A stretch of DNA of 35,016 nt from Elusimicrobiota bacterium (GTDB lineage: Bacteria; Elusimicrobiota; Elusimicrobia; UBA1565; UBA9628). The stretch is from NCBI GenBank assembly GCA_027319565.1, contig DAHVNA010000021.1, positions 1-35,016 of the forward strand, given 5' to 3'. The position numbers and the translations under genes were made by a program. Below are positions 1 to 8,985 of the stretch, piece by piece. Within the stretch, counting starts at the first letter, position 1. Each line of letters begins with the position of its first letter. Under the pieces are notes generated by a model, which worked only from the letters and a program-made list of their open reading frames with translations, was not told the origin of the DNA and searched no databases.

Positions 1-1
1 C

Positions 2-1045
2 GCCGCGCGCTTTATTCGTTGCGGGGAAGGAGAAGTCTATATCGCTGGCGGAACCGAATGCATGTCGCGGATGCCCTATTCTATCGAAGGCTCCCGAGGC
101 CTTAAAGAGCTTCGCAGTTTCGAGACCGTTAAGGCGAAATGGAACGGACTTTTGGAAAGCTCGGAGGTTTCGGTCGTAGATTCTTTGGAACAAGGGCTTA
201 CCGATCCCGTCAAGAAAATCAACATGGCCGCGACCGCGGAGGTTTGCGCCCAGATGTACGGCATTGCCCGGCAAGACCAAGACAATTACGCCCGCGAGAG
301 TTTTCGTCGCGCGATTTCCGGCTGGAAAGCGGGCTTTTATGATTCCCACGTAGAGAAGGTCGTGGTGGGAGACAATAGCGCGCTAGACAAAGATGAATAT
401 CCGTTTTTAAGAGAAGATTTGGTTGAAAAGCCGCAGATGTTTTCAAAGGCCCCGCTTCTTTTTGACGGCCCGTCTTATTCGCTTAAGAATTTCTACGCCG
501 ATTATGGGGCCTATATTGAAGGCAAGAAATATCAAGAAGGCGACAAGGGAACGGTGACCTTGTTTAACTCTTGCGGGCGCTCCGACGGCGCAGCGGCGGT
601 CATTGTCTCAACCGAAAAAAAAGCCAAGGAATTGGGGCTGGAAATTCTAGCCAAGATTAAAGGTTGGGGCTTTTACGGCAACAACCCCGCGCATATGGGG
701 GTTTCTCCGGCCTTGGCCGCTCCCGTGGCTTTAGAGCGCGCGGGAATTTCTTTTGACGATCTGGATCAAATCGAACTCCATGAGCCTTTCGCGGCGACGG
801 TTTTGTCCATCTTTAAAGTCGGGCGCGAGAGATTCGGGCATGACTGGAAGGCGAAATTTGATTCCGGGGCTCTTAATCCCAACGGCGGGTCCGTCGCTTT
901 GGGACATCCCCTGGGCGCGACCGGAACTCGGCTGATGCTGAATTTAAACTACGCTCTTAAGCAAAATCCCAAAGCCCGCTATGGAATGATCGCGGCCTGC
1001 GCCGGCGGGGGAATGGGCGGCGCGATGGTAGTCGAGAAATACTAA
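2..1045 (+). CDS. Thiolase family protein (acetyl-CoA C-acyltransferase), 5' part outside the window
   Basis: Frame is open from position 2 (AARFIRCGEGEVYIAGGTECMSRMPY). Thiolase motifs: GGxExMS, GTVT..N...DGAAA, HEPF (NEAF/HEAF position), GHPLGATG, CAGGGMG. Confidence 0.92.
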   Translation, partial: AARFIRCGEGEVYIAGGTECMSRMPYSIEGSRGLKELRSFETVKAKWNGLLESSEVSVVDSLEQGLTDPVKKINMAATAEVCAQMYGIARQDQDNYARESFRRAISGWKAGFYDSHVEKVVVGDNSALDKDEYPFLREDLVEKPQMFSKAPLLFDGPSYSLKNFYADYGAYIEGKKYQEGDKGTVTLFNSCGRSDGAAAVIVSTEKKAKELGLEILAKIKGWGFYGNNPAHMGVSPALAAPVALERAGISFDDLDQIELHEPFAATVLSIFKVGRERFGHDWKAKFDSGALNPNGGSVALGHPLGATGTRLMLNLNYALKQNPKARYGMIAACAGGGMGGAMVVEKY

Positions 1046-1051
1046 CGAGTT

Positions 1052-2479
1052 TTAACGCCGGCCGTACTGATCTTCAAAGCGAACAATATCGTCTTCGCCG
1101 AGGTAGCTTCCGCACTGCACCTCGATGAGAATGAGAGGGGATTTCCCTTCGTTGGCCAGGCGATGTTTGGTGTTGGCCGGTATAAAGGTGGATTCATTGG
1201 CCTTGAGAGCGATTTTTTTCTCGCCTCTTTGAATGGCGGCCTGGCCGTGCAAAACGACCCAATGTTCGCTTCTCTTATGATGGAGTTGAAGGCTAAGTTT
1301 TCTCCGAGGCAAAACCTCGATTCTCTTGATTTTGAAATCGGGGCCTTCTTCAAGGATCGTGTACGTTCCCCAGGGACGATAGACGGTACGGTGAACTCTG
1401 TGGACTTCGCTCCCCTGGGATTGTAATTGGGAATACACTTCTTTGACGTCTTGAGCGCGTTTTTTTGAGGCGACGAGTAAAGCGTCCGAGGTGTCAATGA
1501 CGATTAGATTCTTGATTCCAACAGCGGCTACCACTCGCCCATCGGCTTGGATATGGCAGTTTTTAGCGCCCAAGAGGATGGCTTTTCCCTTGACGCGGTT
1601 GCCATTTTTGTCGGCTTTAATTAAACTGGCCATGGCGTTCCAGGAGCCGATGTCGCTCCATCCGATATCCGAGGCGATGGCGGACGCGTTTTTGGATTTT
1701 TCCATGACCGCGTAATCTAAAGACTGTTCCGGAACCAAGGAAAAGAGTTTGGGGTTAATTTCCAGCGCGGGCAAATCGGGATTTTGTTTTTTGGGGAAGG
1801 CCTTAAATGTTTTGAGACACGCAGAATAGATGTCCGGGCGGTATTTTTTTATTTCTTCCAAGAGAGTTTTCGCGGTAAAACAAAACATTCCGGAATTCCA
1901 TAAGAATTTTCCCGAGGAAAAATATTTTTGCGCGGCTTTAAGCGGAGGTTTTTCGATAAATCTCTTGACGGAATTTCCCGCGGCTTCGATGTATCCGTAT
2001 CCGGTCTCGGGAGAATCGGGTTTGATTCCAAAGACGACTAATCGTCCCTTCTGCGCTAATTGAGCGGCTTGAAAGGCCGCTTTCTCAAAGGCCTTAGGGC
2101 GCGAGATCAGATGATCGGCCGCCAACACCAGTAAGACCGCGTTTTCCCCATAACGCTTGGCGATTTCCAGCGCCGCCAGGGTCACGGCTGGCGCTGTGTT
2201 TTTTCCAAAAGGCTCCAAAAGATAATGGTCGACGATTTTTTTGCGGGCCAGAGAGTAAACCTCGCGGTACTCATCTTTGATTTGAAAGAAGAGCTCTTGG
2301 TTGGAGACGGTCAAAATTTCGCCGACCTGCGGCAGGTTAGCCGCCCGAAGCCAGGCTTTTTGAAGAAGACTTTGTCCGTCGGCAAGACGAATAAAGGGCT
2401 TGGGCCGCGCCTGTCGTGAAACCGGCCAAAGCCGGGAACCCACCCCGCCGCAGAGAATGACGGGAACGATTTTATTCAT
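1052..2479 (-). CDS. manC: Mannose-1-phosphate guanylyltransferase / mannose-6-phosphate isomerase (bifunctional, ManC/AlgA type)
   Basis: N-terminal [17 protein letters not shown]...[35 protein letters not shown]-terminal cupin RPWG...[15 protein letters not shown]...[19 protein letters not shown]. 4-nt overlap with gmd. Confidence 0.95.
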   Translation of the reverse strand: MNKIVPVILCGGVGSRLWPVSRQARPKPFIRLADGQSLLQKAWLRAANLPQVGEILTVSNQELFFQIKDEYREVYSLARKKIVDHYLLEPFGKNTAPAVTLAALEIAKRYGENAVLLVLAADHLISRPKAFEKAAFQAAQLAQKGRLVVFGIKPDSPETGYGYIEAAGNSVKRFIEKPPLKAAQKYFSSGKFLWNSGMFCFTAKTLLEEIKKYRPDIYSACLKTFKAFPKKQNPDLPALEINPKLFSLVPEQSLDYAVMEKSKNASAIASDIGWSDIGSWNAMASLIKADKNGNRVKGKAILLGAKNCHIQADGRVVAAVGIKNLIVIDTSDALLVASKKRAQDVKEVYSQLQSQGSEVHRVHRTVYRPWGTYTILEEGPDFKIKRIEVLPRRKLSLQLHHKRSEHWVVLHGQAAIQRGEKKIALKANESTFIPANTKHRLANEGKSPLILIEVQCGSYLGEDDIVRFEDQYGRR

Positions 2480-3465
2480 GAGGCGGCCAGAGCCGGATCT
2501 TTGCCGCTTTGCAAAAGCTTAAGATCGGACTCGACCATCATCTTGACGAGTTCCTTAAAGGAAACCTTGGGTTCCCAGTGGAGGGTCTTTTTAATTTTGG
2601 CGGGGCTTCCCAACAGGAGATCGACTTCCGCTGGCCTTAAAAATTGCGGATCAACCCGAACGTATTTCTGGTAGTCAAGCCCGAGAGATTCAAAGGCGAT
2701 TTGGACAAATTCTCTGACGCTGTGGGTTTCCCCGGTCGCGATGATAAAATCCTCGGGCTTATCCGCCTGGAGCATTTTCCACATCGCCTCTACGTAATCT
2801 CCGGCAAAACCCCAATCTCTTTTGGCGTCGAGATTTCCCATGGGAAGTTCTTTTTCCAGGCCCAGTTTAATCTTGGCCGCATAATAGGTGATCTTGCGCG
2901 TGACAAACTCAAGGCCGCGCCTAGGAGATTCATGGTTAAAACAGATTCCGGAGCAGGCGAAGAGATTATAGGATTCCCGGTAATTGATGGTCATATAATG
3001 TCCGTAGACTTTGGACACCCCGTAGGGGCTGCGGGGATAAAAAGGAGTCTTTTCCGTTTGCGGGACTTCTTGGACCTTTCCGAACATTTCGGAAGAGGAG
3101 GCCTGATAAAAGCGGGCTACGGGTTTTACGCGGCGAACGGCCTCTAAAATGCGGGTCAAACCCAAACCGGTGACGTCTCCGGTGAGAATCGGCTGTTTCC
3201 AGGACACTGGGACAAAGGATTGCGCCGCGAGATTGTAAATTTCATCCGGATCTGAAACCCGGACGGCTTCGTCCAGAGAAGATTGATCCGTCAAATCCCC
3301 ATTGAGGAGAGTGATGCGGTCTAGAATATGATGGATTCTATCTGTGGGTTCATGGCTTGAGCGGCGAACGAGTCCGTAAACTTTATATCCCTTTTCCAGT
3401 AAAAGGTCCGCCATGTAGGAGCCGTCTTGTCCGGTAATTCCAGTAATCAGCGCTTTTTTAGCCAC
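2476..3465 (-). CDS. gmd: GDP-mannose 4,6-dehydratase
   Basis: [67 protein letters not shown] start with GAGGAG SD upstream. Confidence 0.97.
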   Translation of the reverse strand: MAKKALITGITGQDGSYMADLLLEKGYKVYGLVRRSSHEPTDRIHHILDRITLLNGDLTDQSSLDEAVRVSDPDEIYNLAAQSFVPVSWKQPILTGDVTGLGLTRILEAVRRVKPVARFYQASSSEMFGKVQEVPQTEKTPFYPRSPYGVSKVYGHYMTINYRESYNLFACSGICFNHESPRRGLEFVTRKITYYAAKIKLGLEKELPMGNLDAKRDWGFAGDYVEAMWKMLQADKPEDFIIATGETHSVREFVQIAFESLGLDYQKYVRVDPQFLRPAEVDLLLGSPAKIKKTLHWEPKVSFKELVKMMVESDLKLLQSGKDPALAAS

Positions 3466-3498
3466 ATTTTTCTCCTCAACTTGGTTTGATATTTTATC

Positions 3499-5640
3499 TT
3501 ATTCCGCCCGATGCGACGGTTTCTTCGGTTTTTTGGCGTCGGTATCGAAAGAAAGGGCTTCTTTGGAAAAATCCGCACTGACGGAGACGGAATCTCCTTC
3601 TTTAATCTCTCCGGAAATCAAAAGCCTGGAGATGGGATCGAGAAGATATTTTTGGATGGCGCGCTTAAGAGGCCGGGCTCCAAAGGCCGGGTCATATCCT
3701 TTCTGGGCGAGAAAACTTTTGGCCTTTTCATTGAGCGTAAAACTAATCCGCTTGTCTTTGAGGCGAGAGAGCGCCCGCGGGATCTGAATGTCGATAATCA
3801 GGCGCAACTTGTCGGCTTCCAAGGGGTGAAAGGTCAATATTTCGTCCAGGCGATTTAAAAACTCCGGCTTAAAGCGGAGTTCGACCTCGCTATTTTTGAG
3901 ATTAGAAGTCATCAGCAAAATCGTATTTTTGAAATTGACCGTTCGGCCTTGGCCGTCGGTCAGGCGCCCGTCGTCCATGACCTGGAGCAGAATATTAAAA
4001 ACATCGGGATGAGCTTTTTCTATCTCGTCAAGCAACACAACGCAATAGGGCTTGCGGCGCACGGCTTCGGTGAGTTGTCCCCCTTCTTCATAGCCGATGT
4101 ATCCCGGAGGCGCTCCGATCAGGCGAGACACCGCGTGCTTTTCCATATATTCCGACATGTCCAGGCGCACGAGGTTTTTCTCGGAGTCAAACAAAAAGTC
4201 GGCCAAGGCCCTGGCCAACTCTGTTTTTCCCACGCCGGTCGGGCCCAGCATCAAAAAGACTCCCAAGGGTCGCTCGGGATCGGCGATGCCGCTTTGGGCG
4301 CGCCGAACGGAGGAGGCCACCGCCTGAACGGCCTCTTCTTGCCCCACCACTCGCTGATGCAAGATTTCTTCGAGTTTTAAAAGTTTCTGGGCCTGGGTTT
4401 GCCCGATTTTTTCGACGGGAATGCCGGTCCAGCGGGAGATGACGCGGGCAATGTCTTGATCGTCGACCTCTTCTTTGAGGAGTTTTTTCTCGGCTTGAAC
4501 CGCCGCCAAATCTTTTTCCAAAGCGTCGATTTTTTTGGACAGGTCCGGAATGAGTCCGTAGCGAATTTCCGCCGCGCGGTTGAGATCTCCGGCTCTTTCG
4601 GCGCGCTGCCCGTCGGCTTTTAAAGATTCCATCTTGACCTTAAGCTCCCGGAGATTTTTAATCAGGTTTTTTTCTTTCTCCCAGTGAGCGCGCAGATTTT
4701 CAAATTCGGATTTAAGAGCGGATATCTCGGACTGAATGGCGCGTATTCTCTCGCGGCTGGCCTCGTCTTTTTCTTTTTTGAGCGCCGCTTCTTCAATTCC
4801 CAGTTGGCGGAGCTTGCGCTCGGCCTCATCTAGCTCGGTGGGCATGGAATCGATTTCCATTCTTAGGCGGCTAGAGGCCTCATCGATAAGATCGATAGCC
4901 TTGTCGGGCAAAAAGCGGTCGGAAATGTAGCGGTCAGACATTCTGGCCGCGGCCACCAAGGCGGAATCTAAAATGCGGACTCCGTGGTGGATTTCATATC
5001 TTTCCTTAAGTCCGCGCAAAATGGCGATGGTGTCTTCCACGCTGGGCGGCCCCACCGTGACCGGGGCAAAGCGTCTCTCTAAAGCCGCGTCTTTCTCGAT
5101 ATATTTTTTGTATTCATCCAGGGTCGTCGCTCCGACGCAGCGGAGTTCCCCCCGAGCGAGCATGGGTTTGAGCATGTTGGCCGCGTCCATTCCGCCTTCG
5201 CCGCCCCCGGCGCCGACGAGGGTGTGGATTTCATCTATAAAAAGGATAATTTGTCCGGAGGCGTCAGAGACTTCTTTGAGAACGGCCTTAAGCCTTTCTT
5301 CAAATTCTCCCTTGTATTTCGCTCCGGCCACCAAACTTCCCATGTCGAGAGAAATGACGCGCTTGTCTTTCATGGTCTCCGGAACATCCCCGGCGGAAAC
5401 CCGTTGAGCGAGGCCTTCGACGATCGCGGTTTTTCCGACGCCGGGCTCTCCGATTAAAACCGGATTATTCTTGGTGCGGCGGCTTAAGACTTGGATTACG
5501 CGGCGAATCTCGCCGTCGCGGCCGATGACGGGATCGAGCTTTCCTTTTCTGGCGGCGTCGGTTAAATCGCGCCCAAAAAACTCAAGCGCGGTTTTGGGCG
5601 TTGACGGAGACTGGGCCGTCGGGCTTTCTCGTGGAGCCAT
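3499..5640 (-). CDS. clpB: ClpB disaggregase lacking the N-terminal Clp-repeat domain
   Basis: [13 protein letters not shown]1 [22 protein letters not shown], coiled-coil M domain ([12 protein letters not shown]), NBD2 [33 protein letters not shown]. 713 aa. Confidence 0.92.
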   Translation of the reverse strand: MAPRESPTAQSPSTPKTALEFFGRDLTDAARKGKLDPVIGRDGEIRRVIQVLSRRTKNNPVLIGEPGVGKTAIVEGLAQRVSAGDVPETMKDKRVISLDMGSLVAGAKYKGEFEERLKAVLKEVSDASGQIILFIDEIHTLVGAGGGEGGMDAANMLKPMLARGELRCVGATTLDEYKKYIEKDAALERRFAPVTVGPPSVEDTIAILRGLKERYEIHHGVRILDSALVAAARMSDRYISDRFLPDKAIDLIDEASSRLRMEIDSMPTELDEAERKLRQLGIEEAALKKEKDEASRERIRAIQSEISALKSEFENLRAHWEKEKNLIKNLRELKVKMESLKADGQRAERAGDLNRAAEIRYGLIPDLSKKIDALEKDLAAVQAEKKLLKEEVDDQDIARVISRWTGIPVEKIGQTQAQKLLKLEEILHQRVVGQEEAVQAVASSVRRAQSGIADPERPLGVFLMLGPTGVGKTELARALADFLFDSEKNLVRLDMSEYMEKHAVSRLIGAPPGYIGYEEGGQLTEAVRRKPYCVVLLDEIEKAHPDVFNILLQVMDDGRLTDGQGRTVNFKNTILLMTSNLKNSEVELRFKPEFLNRLDEILTFHPLEADKLRLIIDIQIPRALSRLKDKRISFTLNEKAKSFLAQKGYDPAFGARPLKRAIQKYLLDPISRLLISGEIKEGDSVSVSADFSKEALSFDTDAKKPKKPSHRAE

Positions 5641-5646
5641 ACCTTT

Positions 5647-5655
5647 ATTTTATCA
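5647..5655 (-). promoter_or_regulatory. Extended -10 promoter (TGaTAAAAT) 6 nt before the clpB ATG
   Basis: Minus strand reads tttTGaTAAAATaaaggtATG. Confidence 0.55.
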
Positions 5656-5684
5656 AAAAGCCCGCTTTCGGAGAATATGATTCT

Positions 5685-7943
5685 CTAGGGAAGGATTTCT
5701 TCTAGCTCGTCGACTTTGTGTTTATTCTCAGCTTTAGCGATTGCCGACAAAGCGGCCTTGGTCTTTTCCGCAATTTGAGCTAGTTCTTGGGGAATTTCGC
5801 TGGGATGAAGCATATCATTAAGAATCCGGGCGCTTTCCTCAAGCTCGATATCAGGGACCTCGGGCTCTTTGTCTTTTTTGGCGACACCTTTGTCTTTAGC
5901 ATTTTTTTTGTCCGAGGAATCGGCTTTATCCAAGGCCTCTTCCGAAACGGCCGGAGCCGTGCTGCCGCTGATGGATTCAAGGGTGATCTCGGTTTTTGTA
6001 AATTCATCCGGACCGGCAGCCAAGCGCTCTTTTTTTCTTTCTTTGTCCAAATTGTCCGCGTCTTGTTGTTGTTTGAGGCGTTCCGCTTCGTTGAGAGAGG
6101 CGACTTTTCCCTCGTCTTCCTGCTTAAAAAGCGCGATGTCCTGATCGACGTAGCCGAACTCGCGCGAGGCCTTGACGCGCTTTTCGGAGGCTTTTTTGAG
6201 TTGATCCACCAAGGGCGGAGTGATGTCTCCGACTTTCTGGTAGGAGGCGGGGTCTATCTCGTCGTAAGGGAGAGCGTTTTCCAGGGCCGATTCCGCGATA
6301 TCCATATAATCCTCAAGAGAAGGAAGCTGAACGTCTGGAATGACGCCCTTGTTTTGAGTGGAGCCGCCGGAAACCCGGTAAAATTTTTGGATCGTCAATT
6401 TAAGCGCGCCCGGTCCAGTTTTGGGGTCAATGCGCGGGACATATTGCGAAAGGTCAATGAGGGTCTGAACGGTTCCCTTGCCGAACGTTTTCTTGTTGCC
6501 AACGATTAAAGCCCGCCCGTAATCTTGAAGGGCGGCCGCGAAAATCTCGGAAGCGGAGGCGGAGGCGTGGCTGGTCAAGACCACCATGGGGCCGGAATAA
6601 ATCATCGAGTTGGAATGTTCAAGAGAACGAATGACCCCGCGGGAATCTCGGACCTGGACTACGGGGCCGGGGGGGATAAAAAGGCCGGTCAGGGAAATCG
6701 CTTCGGACAAAGCGCCGCCGCCGTTTCGGCGAAGATCTAAAATCAAGCCTTGGATTCCCTGCGCCTCCAAAGCGACGAGAAGTTTCTTGACGTCTCTGGT
6801 CGTGCTTTTTTTCTCGCCGCCGGATTTCATGTCCTCGTAAAATGAAGGCAAATCAATGACGCCGATTTTGACCGGATTTCCCTGGAGGTCTTGCCCCGTT
6901 AGAATTTCCGCTTTAGCCTCCTGGTCGGTGAGCTTGATTTCGGCTCGAATAAGCGAAATGACGACCCGGGTCGAACGGTCAATGGCGCCGGCCGGAATCA
7001 CCCTCAGACGCACGGTCGTGCCCTTTTTCCCGCGAATTTTTTCAACCACGTGATCAAGTCTCATCCCTGTGACATTGATCCAAGGGCCGTCCACCCCTTC
7101 GGCGACGGCTTCGATTTTATCCTTGGGTTTTAAGCGCTTGTCTTTATCGGCCGGGCCGCCGGGAACGAGAGAGACGATCTGGGCATAGCCGTCCGATTCT
7201 TTGAGCACCGCTCCGATTCCGACCAAGGACAGCTGCATGCTGATGTCGAAGTTTTCCTTTTGTTCTTGGGCCATGTAATCGGAGTGCGGGTCATAGGCGT
7301 GGGTCAAAGCCGAGAGATACTCCTGGAGAACATCGATGGCGTCAAATTCACCGTAGCTTTTCAAAAGGCGGCGGTAGCGGTGACGGATTTCCTTTCCCTG
7401 GTCCTTGGGTTTGGTCTTGTTTAGAATCTCTTCGAGCATTTCGTATTTGACGCGCTTTCTCCATAACTTGTCGGATTCTTTCCAGTTTTTAGGCCACGGC
7501 AGTTTATGGCGGTCAAGGGTGATCTTCTCGTTTCGCTTAAAATTAAAAGAAGTGGAGGAAAGAGAGATCGCGTATTCTTCCCGATTTTTAAGCCTCTTGA
7601 GAAAGACGTCGAAAATCTCGTAGGCCGGGCTCAGGTCTCCTTCCTTGACTTTTTCTCCCAGAACGTCTCCGTAGCGCTTTTTAAAATCGTTGACATCGGA
7701 TTGCAGGAAAAACATATGGTTGTAATCGAAGGCCTCAAGATAATTCTGGAGAAAATTTTGAGATACGGCGGGATCGATGGGATGATGATCGTATTGGTCT
7801 TCTTCCAGGAATTTCGCGACCACTTGTCCGACTAGTGGCGCTCCGGGGCCGGGAGAGAGAACGGCAAAGGCGGGCCTTAAAGCCAGATAAAAACAAGCGC
7901 TGAGAACCCCGAAAAACTTTTTTAAAGTCATTCCCTTAATCAT
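5685..7943 (-). CDS. prc: Carboxy-terminal processing protease, long Prc/Tsp type (peptidase S41A) with PDZ domain
   Basis: Signal peptide, YDPHSDY, GIGAVL...PGGPA (PDZ), DLRRNGGG, SASASEIFAAALQDYGRA (catalytic Ser), TFGKGTVQ (Lys), KFYRVSGGSTQNKGVIPD. Start could be ATG 7931. Confidence 0.93.
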   Translation of the reverse strand: MIKGMTLKKFFGVLSACFYLALRPAFAVLSPGPGAPLVGQVVAKFLEEDQYDHHPIDPAVSQNFLQNYLEAFDYNHMFFLQSDVNDFKKRYGDVLGEKVKEGDLSPAYEIFDVFLKRLKNREEYAISLSSTSFNFKRNEKITLDRHKLPWPKNWKESDKLWRKRVKYEMLEEILNKTKPKDQGKEIRHRYRRLLKSYGEFDAIDVLQEYLSALTHAYDPHSDYMAQEQKENFDISMQLSLVGIGAVLKESDGYAQIVSLVPGGPADKDKRLKPKDKIEAVAEGVDGPWINVTGMRLDHVVEKIRGKKGTTVRLRVIPAGAIDRSTRVVISLIRAEIKLTDQEAKAEILTGQDLQGNPVKIGVIDLPSFYEDMKSGGEKKSTTRDVKKLLVALEAQGIQGLILDLRRNGGGALSEAISLTGLFIPPGPVVQVRDSRGVIRSLEHSNSMIYSGPMVVLTSHASASASEIFAAALQDYGRALIVGNKKTFGKGTVQTLIDLSQYVPRIDPKTGPGALKLTIQKFYRVSGGSTQNKGVIPDVQLPSLEDYMDIAESALENALPYDEIDPASYQKVGDITPPLVDQLKKASEKRVKASREFGYVDQDIALFKQEDEGKVASLNEAERLKQQQDADNLDKERKKERLAAGPDEFTKTEITLESISGSTAPAVSEEALDKADSSDKKNAKDKGVAKKDKEPEVPDIELEESARILNDMLHPSEIPQELAQIAEKTKAALSAIAKAENKHKVDELEEILP

Positions 7944-7982
7944 AACAAACTCGCGGGAGTTGAAGCGTTATTAGGCTTTGGA

Positions 7983-8828
7983 TTACTGGCCCGCAGTTTG
8001 TCCGGTGTCCTTGAGAACTTTCTTTCCAAAAAATACCGCCATGACCGCCCCGGCTTCTCCTGAACCCGCCGGGTGGACCGAGGAAGATTCATTGGAGTCA
8101 AGGGTGGAATTAAGCGCGGAATTGTCGAAATTGTTTGACTGAGACTTGGCGGCATTTAAGCGCCTGCTGGCGATGGCCAGTTTTCCCCGGCGAATTTTTT
8201 CCTCTTTAAGCTGGTTTTGGGTAAAAAGGGCGTATTGGCGCTGGGCGCGTTTTAAAGCCGCGTTAAGATTCTGTTCCCATTGAGGGTCAAACCACGAGAG
8301 TTCTGCCCTTGGCCCGGCTTTTTTGACCAAGACATCGAGGTTCTTTAGATTTTTTCCGAGGACTCGAGCCTGGTGATTGACGAGCCAAGGCAAGGGACGG
8401 ATTTTTTTTGTCGAGAGATTGTTATGGCTTAGACGGTGAAGCTTTTGGGCGGCGAGAATGGTCTTTCTTAGTTGCTTTCCCGTGCGGTAAAAGAGAGAGT
8501 TGACTTCCTTTAATAAGCGTTCTTGAGAACGCGGGTCTTTTGCGGCTTCTTGCCAGCGCCGGCGGTAGAGAGGATCTTGATGGATAAAATTTTGAACTTC
8601 CTGGGAACAGGAAAGCCGATTTTCTTGTTTTGAAGATTCTAGTCGCGCTTTTGAATTTCCGAACAAATCATCTTTTAAAATGGGGAAAACCCGGGTTACT
8701 TTTGACAGAAGAGGTTTTTGGGGAAACGAACAGGGCGCTTCCCCCGGAGTTAAGGAAGCTTTTAAAGGCGCCGCCAAGGCCAAGAAAGCGATGGTCGCCC
8801 CCATTGCGCCAATCTTAAGTTTCATCAT
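7983..8828 (-). CDS. Hypothetical exported basic helical protein (about 281 aa)
   Basis: Start moved to ATG 8828 because of a GAGGA SD and signal peptide MMKLKIGAMGATIAFLALAAPLKA. The track's TTG start coincides with the -35 box. Confidence 0.7.
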   Translation of the reverse strand: MMKLKIGAMGATIAFLALAAPLKASLTPGEAPCSFPQKPLLSKVTRVFPILKDDLFGNSKARLESSKQENRLSCSQEVQNFIHQDPLYRRRWQEAAKDPRSQERLLKEVNSLFYRTGKQLRKTILAAQKLHRLSHNNLSTKKIRPLPWLVNHQARVLGKNLKNLDVLVKKAGPRAELSWFDPQWEQNLNAALKRAQRQYALFTQNQLKEEKIRRGKLAIASRRLNAAKSQSNNFDNSALNSTLDSNESSSVHPAGSGEAGAVMAVFFGKKVLKDTGQTAGQ

Positions 8829-8862
8829 GTTATCCTCAGGTTTAAGATGACCCTCTGCTAGA

Positions 8863-8900
8863 AGGATAGACCCGAAATCGATTTTTGTCAAGGACCAAAA
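8863..8900 (-). promoter_or_regulatory. Sigma70-type promoter TTGACA-17-TATCCT with TTTTGGTCC abutting the -35
   Basis: TTGACA at 8891-8886, TATCCT at 8868-8863 on the minus strand, 17-nt spacer. Confidence 0.7.
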
Positions 8901-8920
8901 TAATAAATTTTTTTAAAGGC

Positions 8921-8979
8921 AGGGCCTAGGAGAGATAGGCCTTTTGGGCCTTGACGAAAATGAGAAAAGTGTTTATCCT
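8921..8979 (+). promoter_or_regulatory. GGCC-rich motif plus sigma70-type promoter TTGACG-17-TATCCT
   Basis: AGGGCCTAG-N6-TAGGCCTTTTGGGCC, then TTGACG 8951-8956, TATCCT 8974-8979, and ATG 6 nt later. Confidence 0.7.
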
Positions 8980-8985
8980 TTCTCC

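Noticed and set aside
5641..5684. CIRCE/CtsR heat-shock operator or intrinsic terminator between prc and clpB
   Set aside because: No TTAGCACTC-N9-GAGTGCTAA or CtsR repeat; the possible stem before the T-run is only 3-4 bp.
5787..6509. 240-aa plus-strand ORF, and similar ones such as 19762-20427, 2644-3147 and 14615-15100
   Set aside because: Antisense shadows of well-supported genes with no recognisable motifs.
8944..8985. Track starts at TTG 8944 (+) and TTG 8891 (-)
   Set aside because: They fall within promoter elements; downstream ATGs give clean signal peptides.
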